Positions 1 to 9,395 of a stretch of 64,000 bases of DNA are shown in pieces. This DNA is from Bacteroidota bacterium (GTDB lineage Bacteria; Bacteroidota; Bacteroidia; Bacteroidales; PUMT01): contig JBBIHY010000001.1 in the NCBI GenBank assembly GCA_037446695.1, forward strand, positions 213,235 to 277,234. Direction: 5' to 3'. Within the stretch, counting starts at the first letter, position 1, and every line of letters starts with the position of its first letter. The notes under the pieces were generated by a model. It was not told the DNA's origin, made no database searches, and saw only the letters and a list, made by a program, of their open reading frames with translations. A program made the translations under genes and the position numbers.

Positions 1-209
1 TCCGACATAATTTCAGGGCATACAGTATGTTCTGAAAACAAAGGCCTATACTTTTGTACTTACAAAGCTGGCCAGGTCCCACGGAGCGAATGATTTCTCT
101 CACTGACCCGTATTTCAAGGTTTTAGACAATTTAAGAGTTTTTACAAAACATTTCAAAAACAGATTCGTTATCAGTTTTGAAATAAATTTTTAGAAGGAA
201 GGTTTTGAT

Positions 210-1070
210 ATGAGACAGTTAAAGATTACAAAGTCCATTACCAACAGGGACAGCAACTCCATTGAAAAATACCTGCAGGAGATCAGTCGTGAGGAGTTGA
301 TAACACCCGAACGCGAGGTGGAGTTGGCGCAAAGAATCAGGAAGGGCGATGCCCAGGCGCTGGATGCACTGGTAAGGGCAAACCTGAGATTTGTGGTTTC
401 AGTGGCAAAACAATACCAGTTCCAGGGGTTAAGTTTACCCGATTTGATAAATGAAGGAAACCTGGGTTTGATCAAGGCTGCACAAAAGTTTGATGAAACC
501 AAGGGATTTAAATTTATTTCCTATGCCGTTTGGTGGATACGGCAGTCCATTTTACAGGCCATTTCAGAACAGGCAAGGGTGGTTCGCCTGCCGCTAAACC
601 AGGTTGGCTCACTGGGTAAAATACACAAGGTGAGTGCAAGGTTCGAGCAGGAAAACGAACGCGATCCCTCAGCCGAAGAACTGGCCGCAGTTTTGGAGAT
701 ACCGGTGGACAAAGTTGCCGGAACATTGCGTGTGTCAGGTCGTTCAATGTCCATTGATGCACCATTCAGTGATGGTGAAGATAACAGCCTTTTGGATGTG
801 CTGGAGAACAAGGACTCGGTGATTGCCGATTCACACCTGATGAGGGAATCTCTCTCCAACGAAATAAAAAGAACCCTGAGCGTTTTAACGGATAAGGAGA
901 GAAGCGTGCTGGAGTGTTATTTTGGCATTGGATGCCCCGAAATGTCCCTTGAAGCCATTGGCGAGGAACTTGGCCTTACCAAGGAGAGAACTAGGCAAAT
1001 CAAGGAAAAGGCCCTCAAGCGCCTCAGACATAAATCTAAAAGCAAACTGCTGAAAAAATATTTAGGTTAG
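210..1070 (+). CDS. rpoD: RNA polymerase sigma factor, sigma-70 family (primary-sigma-like, short Bacteroidota form)
   Basis: 286-aa ORF starting at ATG. Region 2 ([29 protein letters not shown]), region 3 and the region 4.2 HTH ([28 protein letters not shown]) are all readable. Confidence 0.9.
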   Translation: MRQLKITKSITNRDSNSIEKYLQEISREELITPEREVELAQRIRKGDAQALDALVRANLRFVVSVAKQYQFQGLSLPDLINEGNLGLIKAAQKFDETKGFKFISYAVWWIRQSILQAISEQARVVRLPLNQVGSLGKIHKVSARFEQENERDPSAEELAAVLEIPVDKVAGTLRVSGRSMSIDAPFSDGEDNSLLDVLENKDSVIADSHLMRESLSNEIKRTLSVLTDKERSVLECYFGIGCPEMSLEAIGEELGLTKERTRQIKEKALKRLRHKSKSKLLKKYLG

Positions 1071-1078
1071 TAATTAAG

Positions 1079-1101
1079 CCACCCTGCGGGGTGGTTTTTT
1101 T
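1079..1101 (+). terminator. rho-independent terminator after the sigma factor gene
   Basis: ccaccc-tgcg-gggtgg hairpin followed by T7, 9 nt after the stop codon. An identical copy lies at 3182. Confidence 0.75.
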
Positions 1102-1285
1102 ATGATATATATAAAAAAACCTGCATGACTACCTGAAAGTTATTAACAGGTTAAAATGCAAAATATCAAGAATATACGTGTATTTACAGATGTTATTTTT
1201 CCTGATCTACTTGTCACCTTTTTGCATTTTCCCACACTTTATATACGAGGGACATTCCTCGCATAACCTTTAAACTTAAAAAAGT

Positions 1286-2675
1286 ATGAGAAAAACCCCC
1301 CCCCATCTGGTTTTTAAAACCAGTCAGTCTTAAACGCTCACTTGTTTTTCTGTTGTTTTGCTTTTTCATTTCAAATTCCTGCCAGAAGGAAGATTTGTTC
1401 CTGCTGCCTGAGCATGGAGATGAAGCATTTTTTGATTATGACAAGCAGGATAACCGCATGAAAAACTATGCGATTAATTTTTTGATAAAATTGAATGATT
1501 CGGTACGGTTTGTGCCTGAGTTCCGTAAAGAGTTTGGAATGCCTTTATGGGACAATGAATTGTTTTTTGACTATGAAAAATCCAAAGTATTGATTTTCCC
1601 CCTGAAAAAGGAGGAAAACAGGGAATTGAGCGCATTGCTTTACTTTGTGTTTGGCAGGGATGAATTCAGTTTTAATACTCTATCAAGGGGAGAAACTTAT
1701 GAAAAGTTTGGCGATACAAAACCCTTGTTTTACTGGGTAGAGTACAATGTTTATGGCCAGGCGGTCAGCAGGGATGTAAAAGTAGAGCTTCCGGTGCGCA
1801 ATGAGATGCTGAAAAACTGGATAGAAATAACAAATTGCTGGTATTATTATTATTCTACGGATTTCGGGCAAACATGGACTTATAGTTATTCATATTGCAC
1901 AGTGGATTACCATTGGACCGGAGGCTCGGGGAGTTACGGAGGAGGAGTTCCTTTTGATGTAGAACTGGCCGACTGGGGAGAATTTGGCGGAGGTAGTGGA
2001 GGAAGCACAAATCCACCTGTTCAGGATCAGGTAATAGAGCCAAGTGATACCCTCCCTATTATCGCAAAAAGCTTAGTGAATTTTTCATTTTCCGACATTG
2101 AAAAACTTAATAGTGTTTTACAGGAATTTCTTCAGGATTGCTATAATAGGCAGATTTTGAATTATTTTATTACCAATGGCATAAAGTTTGATTTTGTTAT
2201 AAATAATAGTCTGGGTGGCTGGGCAAGTTATAATCACACAGATAAAAGGATTTCATTCCAGAATAGGAACCGAATCGATTTACGTAATATTAGGGAAGAG
2301 ATGTTTCAAGCATATCAACATTTTAATCTTGGATTCTCCAATACTCAGAGACTGTCAAATTTTGAATTTGAAGCAAAACTTTACGGCTCAATTTTTGATT
2401 ATCTTCAAACCCTTTGTTGTCCTTTGTTTAGTGATAATTGTGAACCTTTCAATAATGAAATTCAAAATTGGATTGAAGATTTAATATTAAGAAATGTCAA
2501 TTGGACCAGCCAGGATGATGAAAAATACAGTTACTTTTTGCAGTTATGGCATGAAAATCGCCCTGTTAGTTACGCGTCCTATTCTTTGAATTATGGTTTA
2601 ATGACCCCTGATCGCTTGCTGAATCTGGTGAATCCCACACATGGAGTATGCCCGCTTATTCATTTTGATTATTAA
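1286..2675 (+). CDS. putative surface lipoprotein, currently out of phase at a C9 tract (long ORF open from 1305, track start TTG 1353, to 2675)
   Basis: ATG 1286 (MRKTPP) stops at TAA 1331 in the present phase. The other frame reads IWFLKPVSLKRSLVFLLFCFFISNSC, a signal peptide with a lipobox-like Cys, and continues for 440 codons. The protein has Tyr-rich and Gly/Ser linker segments (WYYYYS, GGSGSYGGG, GGGSGGS). No family was recognised. Confidence 0.55.
1296..1304 (+). repeat. poly-C homopolymer, 9 nt, between the start codon and the signal peptide
   Basis: Direct read: aaaaa ccccccccc atctgg. Confidence 0.9.
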
Positions 2676-2702
2676 TTTGTATCTAAACAAAACTATGTAG
2701 TC

Positions 2703-3162
2703 ATGAAATCTTTTAAACCAGCTATTAGGCACTTGGCAATGGCAGTCGGGTGACAGTGTTATTATCACTAAACTTACTAAAACAGTTTTTAATTTAAAAC
2801 AATATTCAAATCACTAGGAAGGCGATGGGCCCGATGCAACTTTGGATGTGCTAATCGGTTGGCATGAATATCGCATTGGTACAGAAGTTATGCAAAGTTC
2901 TTTGGGCAGTGAAAACAGTTTGTATGATTACAATAACAAAAATCAGACAATCGTTATGGGACTTGTTTTTGCGATAGATGATGATGAAGCCCACTATGAG
3001 TTGCTGAGTATCATGCTTTTTCATGATTTAAGTGAAAATGTTTTTCTGTAAGCCGGTAGTTTTGAGTGGACTGAAAATAACCAGGCAATATTAAGCCATG
3101 TTTTTGACAGGGAAGGGAAGTTTTCCCTGCCAAAGGAGATGGCCATAATTAAAATCGAGTGA
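2703..3162 (+). pseudogene. decayed small gene (possible lipocalin-like domain protein)
   Basis: One frame is open from 2707 to 3162 (152 codons) apart from TAG 2815 and TAA 3049. ATG 2703 is one base out of frame. The N-terminus LLGTWQWQSGDSVII resembles the GTW motif of lipocalin-like domains. The track ORF 2842-3051 is its middle piece. Confidence 0.45.
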
Positions 3163-3175
3163 TGTAAACTATTTT

Positions 3176-3204
3176 AAAAACCCACCCTGCGGGGTGGTTT
3201 TTTT
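3176..3204. terminator. bidirectional rho-independent terminator (cassette on +, rtcB on -)
   Basis: A5 + ccaccc-tgcg-gggtgg + T7. It overlaps the rtcB stop region. Confidence 0.7.
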
Positions 3205-4363
3205 ATCCTTTTATCACGGCCAAGGGCTCCATTTCCAGCGCGATTTCCACCAAGTCGCTTTGATTTTGCATCACGGTTTCTATGTTTTTATAGGCACCTG
3301 CCGCTTCATCCAGGTCGCGGGGCTTTTTAATGCTGTGCAATATACCTTTGTCTTTCAGTTTTTTTACCTCCTCGTTGAAATCAAGAGTGCGCTGTGCCTG
3401 CCGTCTGCCCAGCACCCTGCCTGCTCCGTGTGAGCAACTCATGAAACTTTCGGGGTTGCCTTTTCCAATTACCAGGTAACTTTTTGTACCCTGTGAGCCC
3501 GGGATAATCCCTCTTTCCCCTGAAAGGGCACTGGTTGCTCCCTTGCGGTGAACAATCACTTCCCTGCCAAAATGGAATTCCCTGTTGGCATAGTTATGCG
3601 CAATGTTGATAAAATGGCTGAATTCCGGTTTTTTGAAATGTTCTTCAAATACCAGCTGCACCAAACTCATCATCATTTTACGGTTTGCAAAGGCAAAGTC
3701 CATGCAGTAGTTCATTTCATTGAGGTAATTTATTCCCTCTTCAGCATCCAGCGGTAAAAAAGAGAGCTGTTTTACATTTTTCAGGTTTTTGAATTTTTTT
3801 TCATTTAGTTTTACTGCCTCGCGGTAGTAATGGTCGGCCACCTGTTTACCAAGGTTGCGGCTGCCAGAGTGTATCATGATCCATATCCTGCCATCACTGC
3901 CCTTCTGAATTTCAATGAAATGATTCCCTCCGCCCAGTGTGCCAAGCTGGTAAGTGGCATTTTTATACTCACGTTCAATCACGGGCATGGAATGTTTCAC
4001 CTCAGGCATTTTCGACAGGTCTACCGGCTGGTTGTGGTGTTTGAAACCAACTGGAATAATTGATTTGATATCACTTACAATATTTTTAAGCTGTTCCCTG
4101 TCAATCTGTGTGAGGCTGGTTTGCAGGGCGCACATGCCGCAGCCTATGTCCACGCCCACAGCATTGGGGATAATCACATCATTGGTTGCCAGCACACCGC
4201 CAATTGGCATGCCAAATCCCTCGTGGCAGTCGGGCATAATGGCCACATGGCTGAAAGCAAATGGCATATTGGCTATATCTTTAGCCTGTTGCAGCGCACC
4301 CGGCTCAATATCGCTCAGCCACAGCTTGATGGGTACCTTTTCAGAGTTTATAATTTTCTTCAT
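3203..4363 (-). CDS. rtcB: RNA-splicing ligase RtcB
   Basis: 386 aa. Motifs MPDCHEGFGMPIGGV, GVDIGCGM, GGGNHFIE, HSGSRNLG and SCSHGAGR are typical of the RtcB family. Confidence 0.93.
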   Translation of the reverse strand: MKKIINSEKVPIKLWLSDIEPGALQQAKDIANMPFAFSHVAIMPDCHEGFGMPIGGVLATNDVIIPNAVGVDIGCGMCALQTSLTQIDREQLKNIVSDIKSIIPVGFKHHNQPVDLSKMPEVKHSMPVIEREYKNATYQLGTLGGGNHFIEIQKGSDGRIWIMIHSGSRNLGKQVADHYYREAVKLNEKKFKNLKNVKQLSFLPLDAEEGINYLNEMNYCMDFAFANRKMMMSLVQLVFEEHFKKPEFSHFINIAHNYANREFHFGREVIVHRKGATSALSGERGIIPGSQGTKSYLVIGKGNPESFMSCSHGAGRVLGRRQAQRTLDFNEEVKKLKDKGILHSIKKPRDLDEAAGAYKNIETVMQNQSDLVEIALEMEPLAVIKG

Positions 4364-4413
4364 GCCATTCCGGTTCTCACCAAAAATGTAAGATAGTGAT
4401 TAATTTGCCCAAT

Positions 4414-4438
4414 AAAAAAACCCCGCCACAGGGCGGGG
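4414..4438 (-). terminator. rho-independent terminator downstream of tRNA-His
   Basis: On the minus strand: ccccgcc-ctgt-ggcgggg hairpin followed by T7. Confidence 0.6.
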
Positions 4439-4441
4439 CAG

Positions 4442-4516
4442 GGTGGAAGACCGGATTCGAACCGGCGGCCTTCAGAGCCACAATCTGACGCTCTAACCAA
4501 CTGAGCTACAACCACC
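4442..4516 (-). tRNA. tRNA-His (anticodon GTG) with encoded G-1 and no encoded CCA
   Basis: Cloverleaf read by hand: D arm GCTC/GAGC, anticodon arm TCAGA-TTGTGGC-TCTGA, T arm GCCGG-TTCGAAT-CCGGT, G-1 opposite C73. The acceptor stem has U5:U68 and U6:U67 mismatches. Confidence 0.8.
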
Positions 4517-4677
4517 ATTTTGAGTGGTGCAAAAATAGGAAATAATTTTCTAATTTCCGGGAAGGAATAAAAAATTGTTGGATGTTATACCTGTTTCAGG
4601 CACGATTTATGATGAAGCAGTTTAAGTTTTTTCTTTCTATCTTTATCCGGTTTTAGCTGACAACTAAGGGATTTATT

Positions 4678-6021
4678 TTGGTTCTGAGCAAATACATCAA
4701 CAACACCAACAGCCTGCAGACATTCAACCTGCTGCGTTTTACCACTTTCCTAATCATCAGCATCATTTTTACCAAAAGCAAACTGAGTGTTGCCGACATC
4801 GGGTATTACGAGATGTCGATATTTATTGCCAGCCTTGTGAGTTTTTTCTGGGTAACAGGTGTGATACAGTCGCTTCTTCCCTTGTATAATAACAATACAA
4901 CTTTCAGGGTGAAGGAAATCAACCGCAGGTCAAAGTCTCCCGAAATCTTTAATGCCTTCCTGCTTTTGACCGGCTTCAGCATACTCGCCTATATCTTCTG
5001 TCGTATTTTTCAAAATGCGTTTCATGTATTTGACGGAGTGGAGGATATTCAGTTCATAAACCTGGTTTTTTTCTACCTGTTGATAAGCAGTCCAAGCAAC
5101 CTGATTGAGTACATCTACCTTTTGAGAAACAAACCGGGTAAAATTATGAGCTACGGGTTCATCAGTTTCGGACTACAACTGATTATTGTAACAGTTCCGG
5201 TTATGATGGGATATGGCATTGAATGGGCAATTTACGGCCTGATTGCCATTTCGGTATTTCGATTGTTCTGGCTTGCTTCCCTGCTGAGGAAATATGCACG
5301 TTTTAAAATTTCCACGCCATTTCTTAAGGAGCACCTTCACCTGGGAACACCCCTCATCCTTAGTTCACTTCTGAGTGGCTCGGCACAATATATTGACGGA
5401 CTGATTGTTTCCATGCACTTTGATGCACGGGTGTTTGCCCTGTTCCGGTATGGTGCGAAGGAATTTCCTCTTGCACTGATGCTTGCAAACGGGTTGAGCA
5501 ACTCCATGCTTTCGGAGTTTTCTTCAAAGCAGAAACTGGCAGATTCATTGCAGGTGTTAAAGAACAAATCGCGAAGGCTCATGCACATTCTCTTTCCAGC
5601 CACTATTGTTCTTTTGTTTTTTGCCAAGCCTTTATATATTCATATGTTCAATCCGGCTTTTTCAAGGAGTGCCGATGTGTTTATTGTATACCTTTTGCTC
5701 ATTATGAGCCGGATTGTATTTCCCCAGACCATCCTGATCGGACTGAAAAAGACGCGAATCATACTCTATGCTGCTGCTGCCGAGCTTTTTCTGAATATTG
5801 GCCTGAGTCTTTTGCTTATACCCAGGTACAACATTGTGGGTGTGGCATTGGCAACAGTCATTGTATTCCTTCTGGAAAAAATCGCCCTCGTGATTTACAA
5901 TTATTTCAAACTCAAAATCAAGCCGCAGGAGTATATCCCCCTCGGGTATTATTTCTTTTATTCCACAATTCTCATGGTGCTGTTTTTGTTGCTCGACCGC
6001 AGGATTATCAAAATTCATTAG
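4678..6021 (+). CDS. polysaccharide biosynthesis / oligosaccharide flippase-like membrane protein (MOP superfamily, Wzx-like)
   Basis: 447 aa with about 12-14 hydrophobic segments. Length and N-terminus resemble Wzx-type flippases. The track start is TTG and the true start is uncertain. Confidence 0.55.
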   Translation: MVLSKYINNTNSLQTFNLLRFTTFLIISIIFTKSKLSVADIGYYEMSIFIASLVSFFWVTGVIQSLLPLYNNNTTFRVKEINRRSKSPEIFNAFLLLTGFSILAYIFCRIFQNAFHVFDGVEDIQFINLVFFYLLISSPSNLIEYIYLLRNKPGKIMSYGFISFGLQLIIVTVPVMMGYGIEWAIYGLIAISVFRLFWLASLLRKYARFKISTPFLKEHLHLGTPLILSSLLSGSAQYIDGLIVSMHFDARVFALFRYGAKEFPLALMLANGLSNSMLSEFSSKQKLADSLQVLKNKSRRLMHILFPATIVLLFFAKPLYIHMFNPAFSRSADVFIVYLLLIMSRIVFPQTILIGLKKTRIILYAAAAELFLNIGLSLLLIPRYNIVGVALATVIVFLLEKIALVIYNYFKLKIKPQEYIPLGYYFFYSTILMVLFLLLDRRIIKIH

Positions 6022-6076
6022 GAATAAAAACCTCCTGCACATGAGAAAAGTCTGATGGTTTTTTGGAAATCAGCCT

Positions 6077-6084
6077 TATATTTG
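6077..6084 (+). promoter_or_regulatory. Bacteroidota-type -7 box (TAnnTTTG)
   Basis: TATATTTG about 65 nt upstream of ATG 6149. Confidence 0.3.
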
Positions 6085-6148
6085 ACTTTTCAGAGATATA
6101 ACTGTTTAAGGAATTACATATATCATCCCATATTATAAATCAGGCGAA

Positions 6149-7621
6149 ATGAAAGAATCACTAGAAAATTATTTCTCTCTTTTCAGGGAGAATATTGTTG
6201 GAATTGATGCTTCTTTTGAAACTTACTACGGAAATAAAAAGGTGATTTATGCCGACTGGATTGCGAGCGGTAGATTGTATGGGCCTATTGAGAAAAAGTT
6301 TTACAATGAATTTGGTCCCTTTATAGGGAATACACACACCGAAACCAGTGAAACGGGTACCAGGATGACTTATGCATACCAGCTTGCACATCAAAGAATA
6401 AAGGAGCATGTAAATGCCGGACCAAATGATGTGATTATTACCGCCGGAAACGGGATGACTTCTGTAATAAACAAACTTCAGCGGATTTTGGGTATGAAAG
6501 GGTGCGGAACCCTGGCAAAAAAGCCCTGCCTGAAGGAAGCTGAGCGGCCGGTGGTTTTTATTACTCACATGGAGCACCATTCCAACCAAACCTCGTGGTA
6601 CGAAACTGTCTGCGATGTGGTTGTTCTGGAACCCAATCGCGAACTACTGGTAGACCTGGATATACTGCGTGCTCAGCTGGAGAAATATAAAGACAGGCAA
6701 TTCAAGGTTGGATCATTTACAGCCTGTTCCAATGTAACAGGTGTTTTTACTCCCTACCATCAGATGGCCAAAATAATGCATGAATATGGAGGGGTATGCT
6801 TTGTTGACTTTGCTGCCTGTGCTCCCTATACCGATATAAATATGCATCCCGCCGATCCTATGGAAAAACTGGATGCAATCTTCTTTTCACCGCACAAATT
6901 CCTTGGAGGACCCGGGTCTTCTGGTGTTCTGGTTTTTGACAAAGAACTTTATAACAATAGTGCTCCCGACGATCCCGGGGGAGGAACAGTTGACTGGACC
7001 AATCCATGGGGCAATTACAAATATGTAGATGATATTGAATCGCGCGAGGACGGAGGAACACCGGGATTTCTGCAGGCAATCAAAACAGCCCTTGCCATTG
7101 AACTTAAAAACAGGATGGGTACAGGCAACATCATGAAACGGGAGGAAGAATTATTGAAAATTGCATTTCCCGGACTCAGGGCTATACCCGGAATCAAAAT
7201 CCTGGCTGACAATGTGGAGCACAGGCTGGGAGTGATTTCATTTTACCACCCCGAAATTCATTATAACCTTTTTGTGAAATTGTTAAACGACCGGTTTGGC
7301 ATACAAATGCGTGGTGGCTGTGCCTGTGCCGGTACTTACGGCCATTTCCTGCTGGAGGTAAGTTACGAACAATCAAAGGAAATTACCGATTTGATAAATT
7401 CCGGCGATCTCTCGCTAAAACCCGGATGGGTGCGGTGGTCACTGCATCCAACTATGAAGGATGAAGATGTTCATATTATTCTGAATGCCATAAGGCAGAT
7501 TGTTGAGAAAATTGATGTGTGGAAGGAGGATTATGTTTATCACTCCCGGAAGAATGAATTTTCTCACAAAATCTACACCGAAAAAGCCAGGGAAGAAGTG
7601 GAAAACTGGTTCCGTTTGTAA
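6149..7621 (+). CDS. class-V aminotransferase fold PLP enzyme (cysteine desulfurase / selenocysteine lyase-like)
   Basis: 490 aa. It has the PLP-lysine context FSPHKFLGGPGSSGVLVF and HMEHHSNQ. Confidence 0.75.
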   Translation: MKESLENYFSLFRENIVGIDASFETYYGNKKVIYADWIASGRLYGPIEKKFYNEFGPFIGNTHTETSETGTRMTYAYQLAHQRIKEHVNAGPNDVIITAGNGMTSVINKLQRILGMKGCGTLAKKPCLKEAERPVVFITHMEHHSNQTSWYETVCDVVVLEPNRELLVDLDILRAQLEKYKDRQFKVGSFTACSNVTGVFTPYHQMAKIMHEYGGVCFVDFAACAPYTDINMHPADPMEKLDAIFFSPHKFLGGPGSSGVLVFDKELYNNSAPDDPGGGTVDWTNPWGNYKYVDDIESREDGGTPGFLQAIKTALAIELKNRMGTGNIMKREEELLKIAFPGLRAIPGIKILADNVEHRLGVISFYHPEIHYNLFVKLLNDRFGIQMRGGCACAGTYGHFLLEVSYEQSKEITDLINSGDLSLKPGWVRWSLHPTMKDEDVHIILNAIRQIVEKIDVWKEDYVYHSRKNEFSHKIYTEKAREEVENWFRL

Positions 7622-7722
7622 GCATTATTGGGAAAAGAAATCTAATTTTCGGAAATTTGATTTTGATCTCTCAGAGAAGCATTAACCTGGATATTCTAAA
7701 CACACAATAAACTGACAAAACC

Positions 7723-8895
7723 ATGAAAATCATTGAGGTAACAGACTCCAAAACAGGCCAGGAGTTTCTGGATGTGGCCCGCAGGATTTACAAGAACGAT
7801 CCCGTTTGGGTATGTCCGCTGGATATGGATATCAGGGGGATTTTTGACCCGGCAAAAAACCTGTTTTTTAAAAAGGGGGAGGCCACAAGGTGGATTTTGA
7901 AAAACGATTCCGGTGAACTTATTGGACGGATTGCTGCTTTTATCGACAAGGAGAAGGCCTTTACATGGGACCAGCCGACAGGGGGTTTGGGTTTTTTTGA
8001 ATGTATCAACGACAGGGAAGCTGCATTTGTTCTTTTTGATACTGCAAAGAACTGGCTGCAGGCGAAAGGCATGGCGGCCATGGATGGCCCGGTAAATTTT
8101 GGCGAGAACGAAAGATACTGGGGTTTGCTGGTGGATGGATTTACACACCCGGGATTTGGCATGCCTTACAACCCGGGTTATTACCAGAAGTTTTTTGAGG
8201 ACTACGGATTCAGGATATTCTACAAACAATTTAGTTATCACCTGGATATTACAAAACCTTTTCCTGTAAGGTTCTGGAAAATTGCAGAATGGGTATCCCA
8301 AAAACCAGGGTACAGCTTCAGGCATTTCCGCTGGAGCGAGCAGGAAAAATTCATTGCCGACATGGTGCAGATATACAACGATGCATGGTCGGCCACACGC
8401 GATGTTTTTACTCCCATGGATCCACAGGGCTTAAGGAACACTCTCAAAGATGCCAAACTGATTCTTGATGAAAGATTTATCTGGTTTGCCTACAACGACG
8501 GACAACCGGTAGCTTTCTTTATTATGTTTCCCGATGCCAACCAGATTCTTAAACCCTTAAAAGGAAAACTAAGTATAATTAACATTCTGCGTTTCCTCTG
8601 GATGAAAAAGACAGGCAAAATGAATCGTCTCAGGGCACTTGTGGCAGGTGTTGCACCCAAACACCAGAATGCAGGGATAGAGTCGGCAATTTTCTGGCAC
8701 CTGGATAAAGTGATGGACTATAAGCAATACAAGGAGATTGAATTATCCTGGGTGGGAGATTTTAACCCAAAAATGCTTTCACTTTACGAGGCAGTTGGAG
8801 GAAAACTTGCCAAAACACACATTACCTACAGGTGTCTTTTTGATCCAAAGGCAAGGTTCAGGACTTATGCAGAATTTTTTCACCAGAACAGGTAA
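7723..8895 (+). CDS. hypothetical protein (possibly GNAT-like acyltransferase)
   Basis: 390-aa soluble ORF with good coding appearance. The family assignment is only a weak recollection. Confidence 0.35.
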   Translation: MKIIEVTDSKTGQEFLDVARRIYKNDPVWVCPLDMDIRGIFDPAKNLFFKKGEATRWILKNDSGELIGRIAAFIDKEKAFTWDQPTGGLGFFECINDREAAFVLFDTAKNWLQAKGMAAMDGPVNFGENERYWGLLVDGFTHPGFGMPYNPGYYQKFFEDYGFRIFYKQFSYHLDITKPFPVRFWKIAEWVSQKPGYSFRHFRWSEQEKFIADMVQIYNDAWSATRDVFTPMDPQGLRNTLKDAKLILDERFIWFAYNDGQPVAFFIMFPDANQILKPLKGKLSIINILRFLWMKKTGKMNRLRALVAGVAPKHQNAGIESAIFWHLDKVMDYKQYKEIELSWVGDFNPKMLSLYEAVGGKLAKTHITYRCLFDPKARFRTYAEFFHQNR

Positions 8896-8945
8896 GGGTT
8901 CCTAAAATATTCCTGACTTATTTTTGGAATTTGAAATACAATAAT

Positions 8946-8953
8946 TACCTTTG
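8946..8953 (+). promoter_or_regulatory. Bacteroidota-type -7 box (TAnnTTTG)
   Basis: TACCTTTG 50 nt upstream of the L31 start. Confidence 0.35.
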
Positions 8954-9002
8954 CAGTCCTTAATTAAGGAACTGATTTGTAAGAAATAAAAGATTAACTG
9001 AA

Positions 9003-9260
9003 ATGAAAAAAGGTATTCATCCTGAAAATTACCGCCTTGTAGTTTTCAAAGATATGTCCAACGATAATTATTTTATTACCCGTTCCACAGCGCCTACCAA
9101 AGAAACAATTGAGATTGACGGCAAGGAATATCCCCTGTTCAAACTGGAGATTTCCAATACTTCTCACCCCTTTTATACCGGGAAAATGAAGCTGGTAGAT
9201 ACTGCCGGTCGCGTAGACAAGTACATGAACCGTTACAAGAAGCATGTAAACAAGAAGTAA
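9003..9260 (+). CDS. rpmE2: 50S ribosomal protein L31, type B
   Basis: 85 aa with [17 protein letters not shown] and RVDKYMNRY. It lacks the CxxC zinc motif. Confidence 0.93.
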   Translation: MKKGIHPENYRLVVFKDMSNDNYFITRSTAPTKETIEIDGKEYPLFKLEISNTSHPFYTGKMKLVDTAGRVDKYMNRYKKHVNKK

Positions 9261-9283
9261 TACTTGTGATTCAGTATACAGGA

Positions 9284-9310
9284 AGCTCCGTGAAACGGGG
9301 CTTTTTTTTT
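9284..9310 (+). terminator. rho-independent terminator after rpmE2
   Basis: agctccg-tgaaa-cggggct hairpin followed by T9. Confidence 0.7.
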
Positions 9311-9395
9311 CTCCCTGATGCAAAAAATTGTATGTTTCAGCCGATTGTTTAATTTTGATTGGATTATATTAAGGATAAATAAAGAATCAATCTCC

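Noticed and set aside
2289-2321. IREEMFQAYQH in the 440-aa lipoprotein, as a degenerate HExxH zincin motif (possible inactive metalloprotease or toxin domain)
   Set aside because: Both His positions are substituted (E and Q), and I cannot verify any fold similarity without a profile search. This is too speculative to call.
9318-9395. N-terminal extension of the GlmU-like ORF, and similar track extensions at 15454, 17496, 18134, 30279, 40318, 47826-47894 and 59369
   Set aside because: In each case an internal ATG gives an N-terminus matching the family or a proper signal peptide. The extensions overlap upstream genes or use rare start codons.
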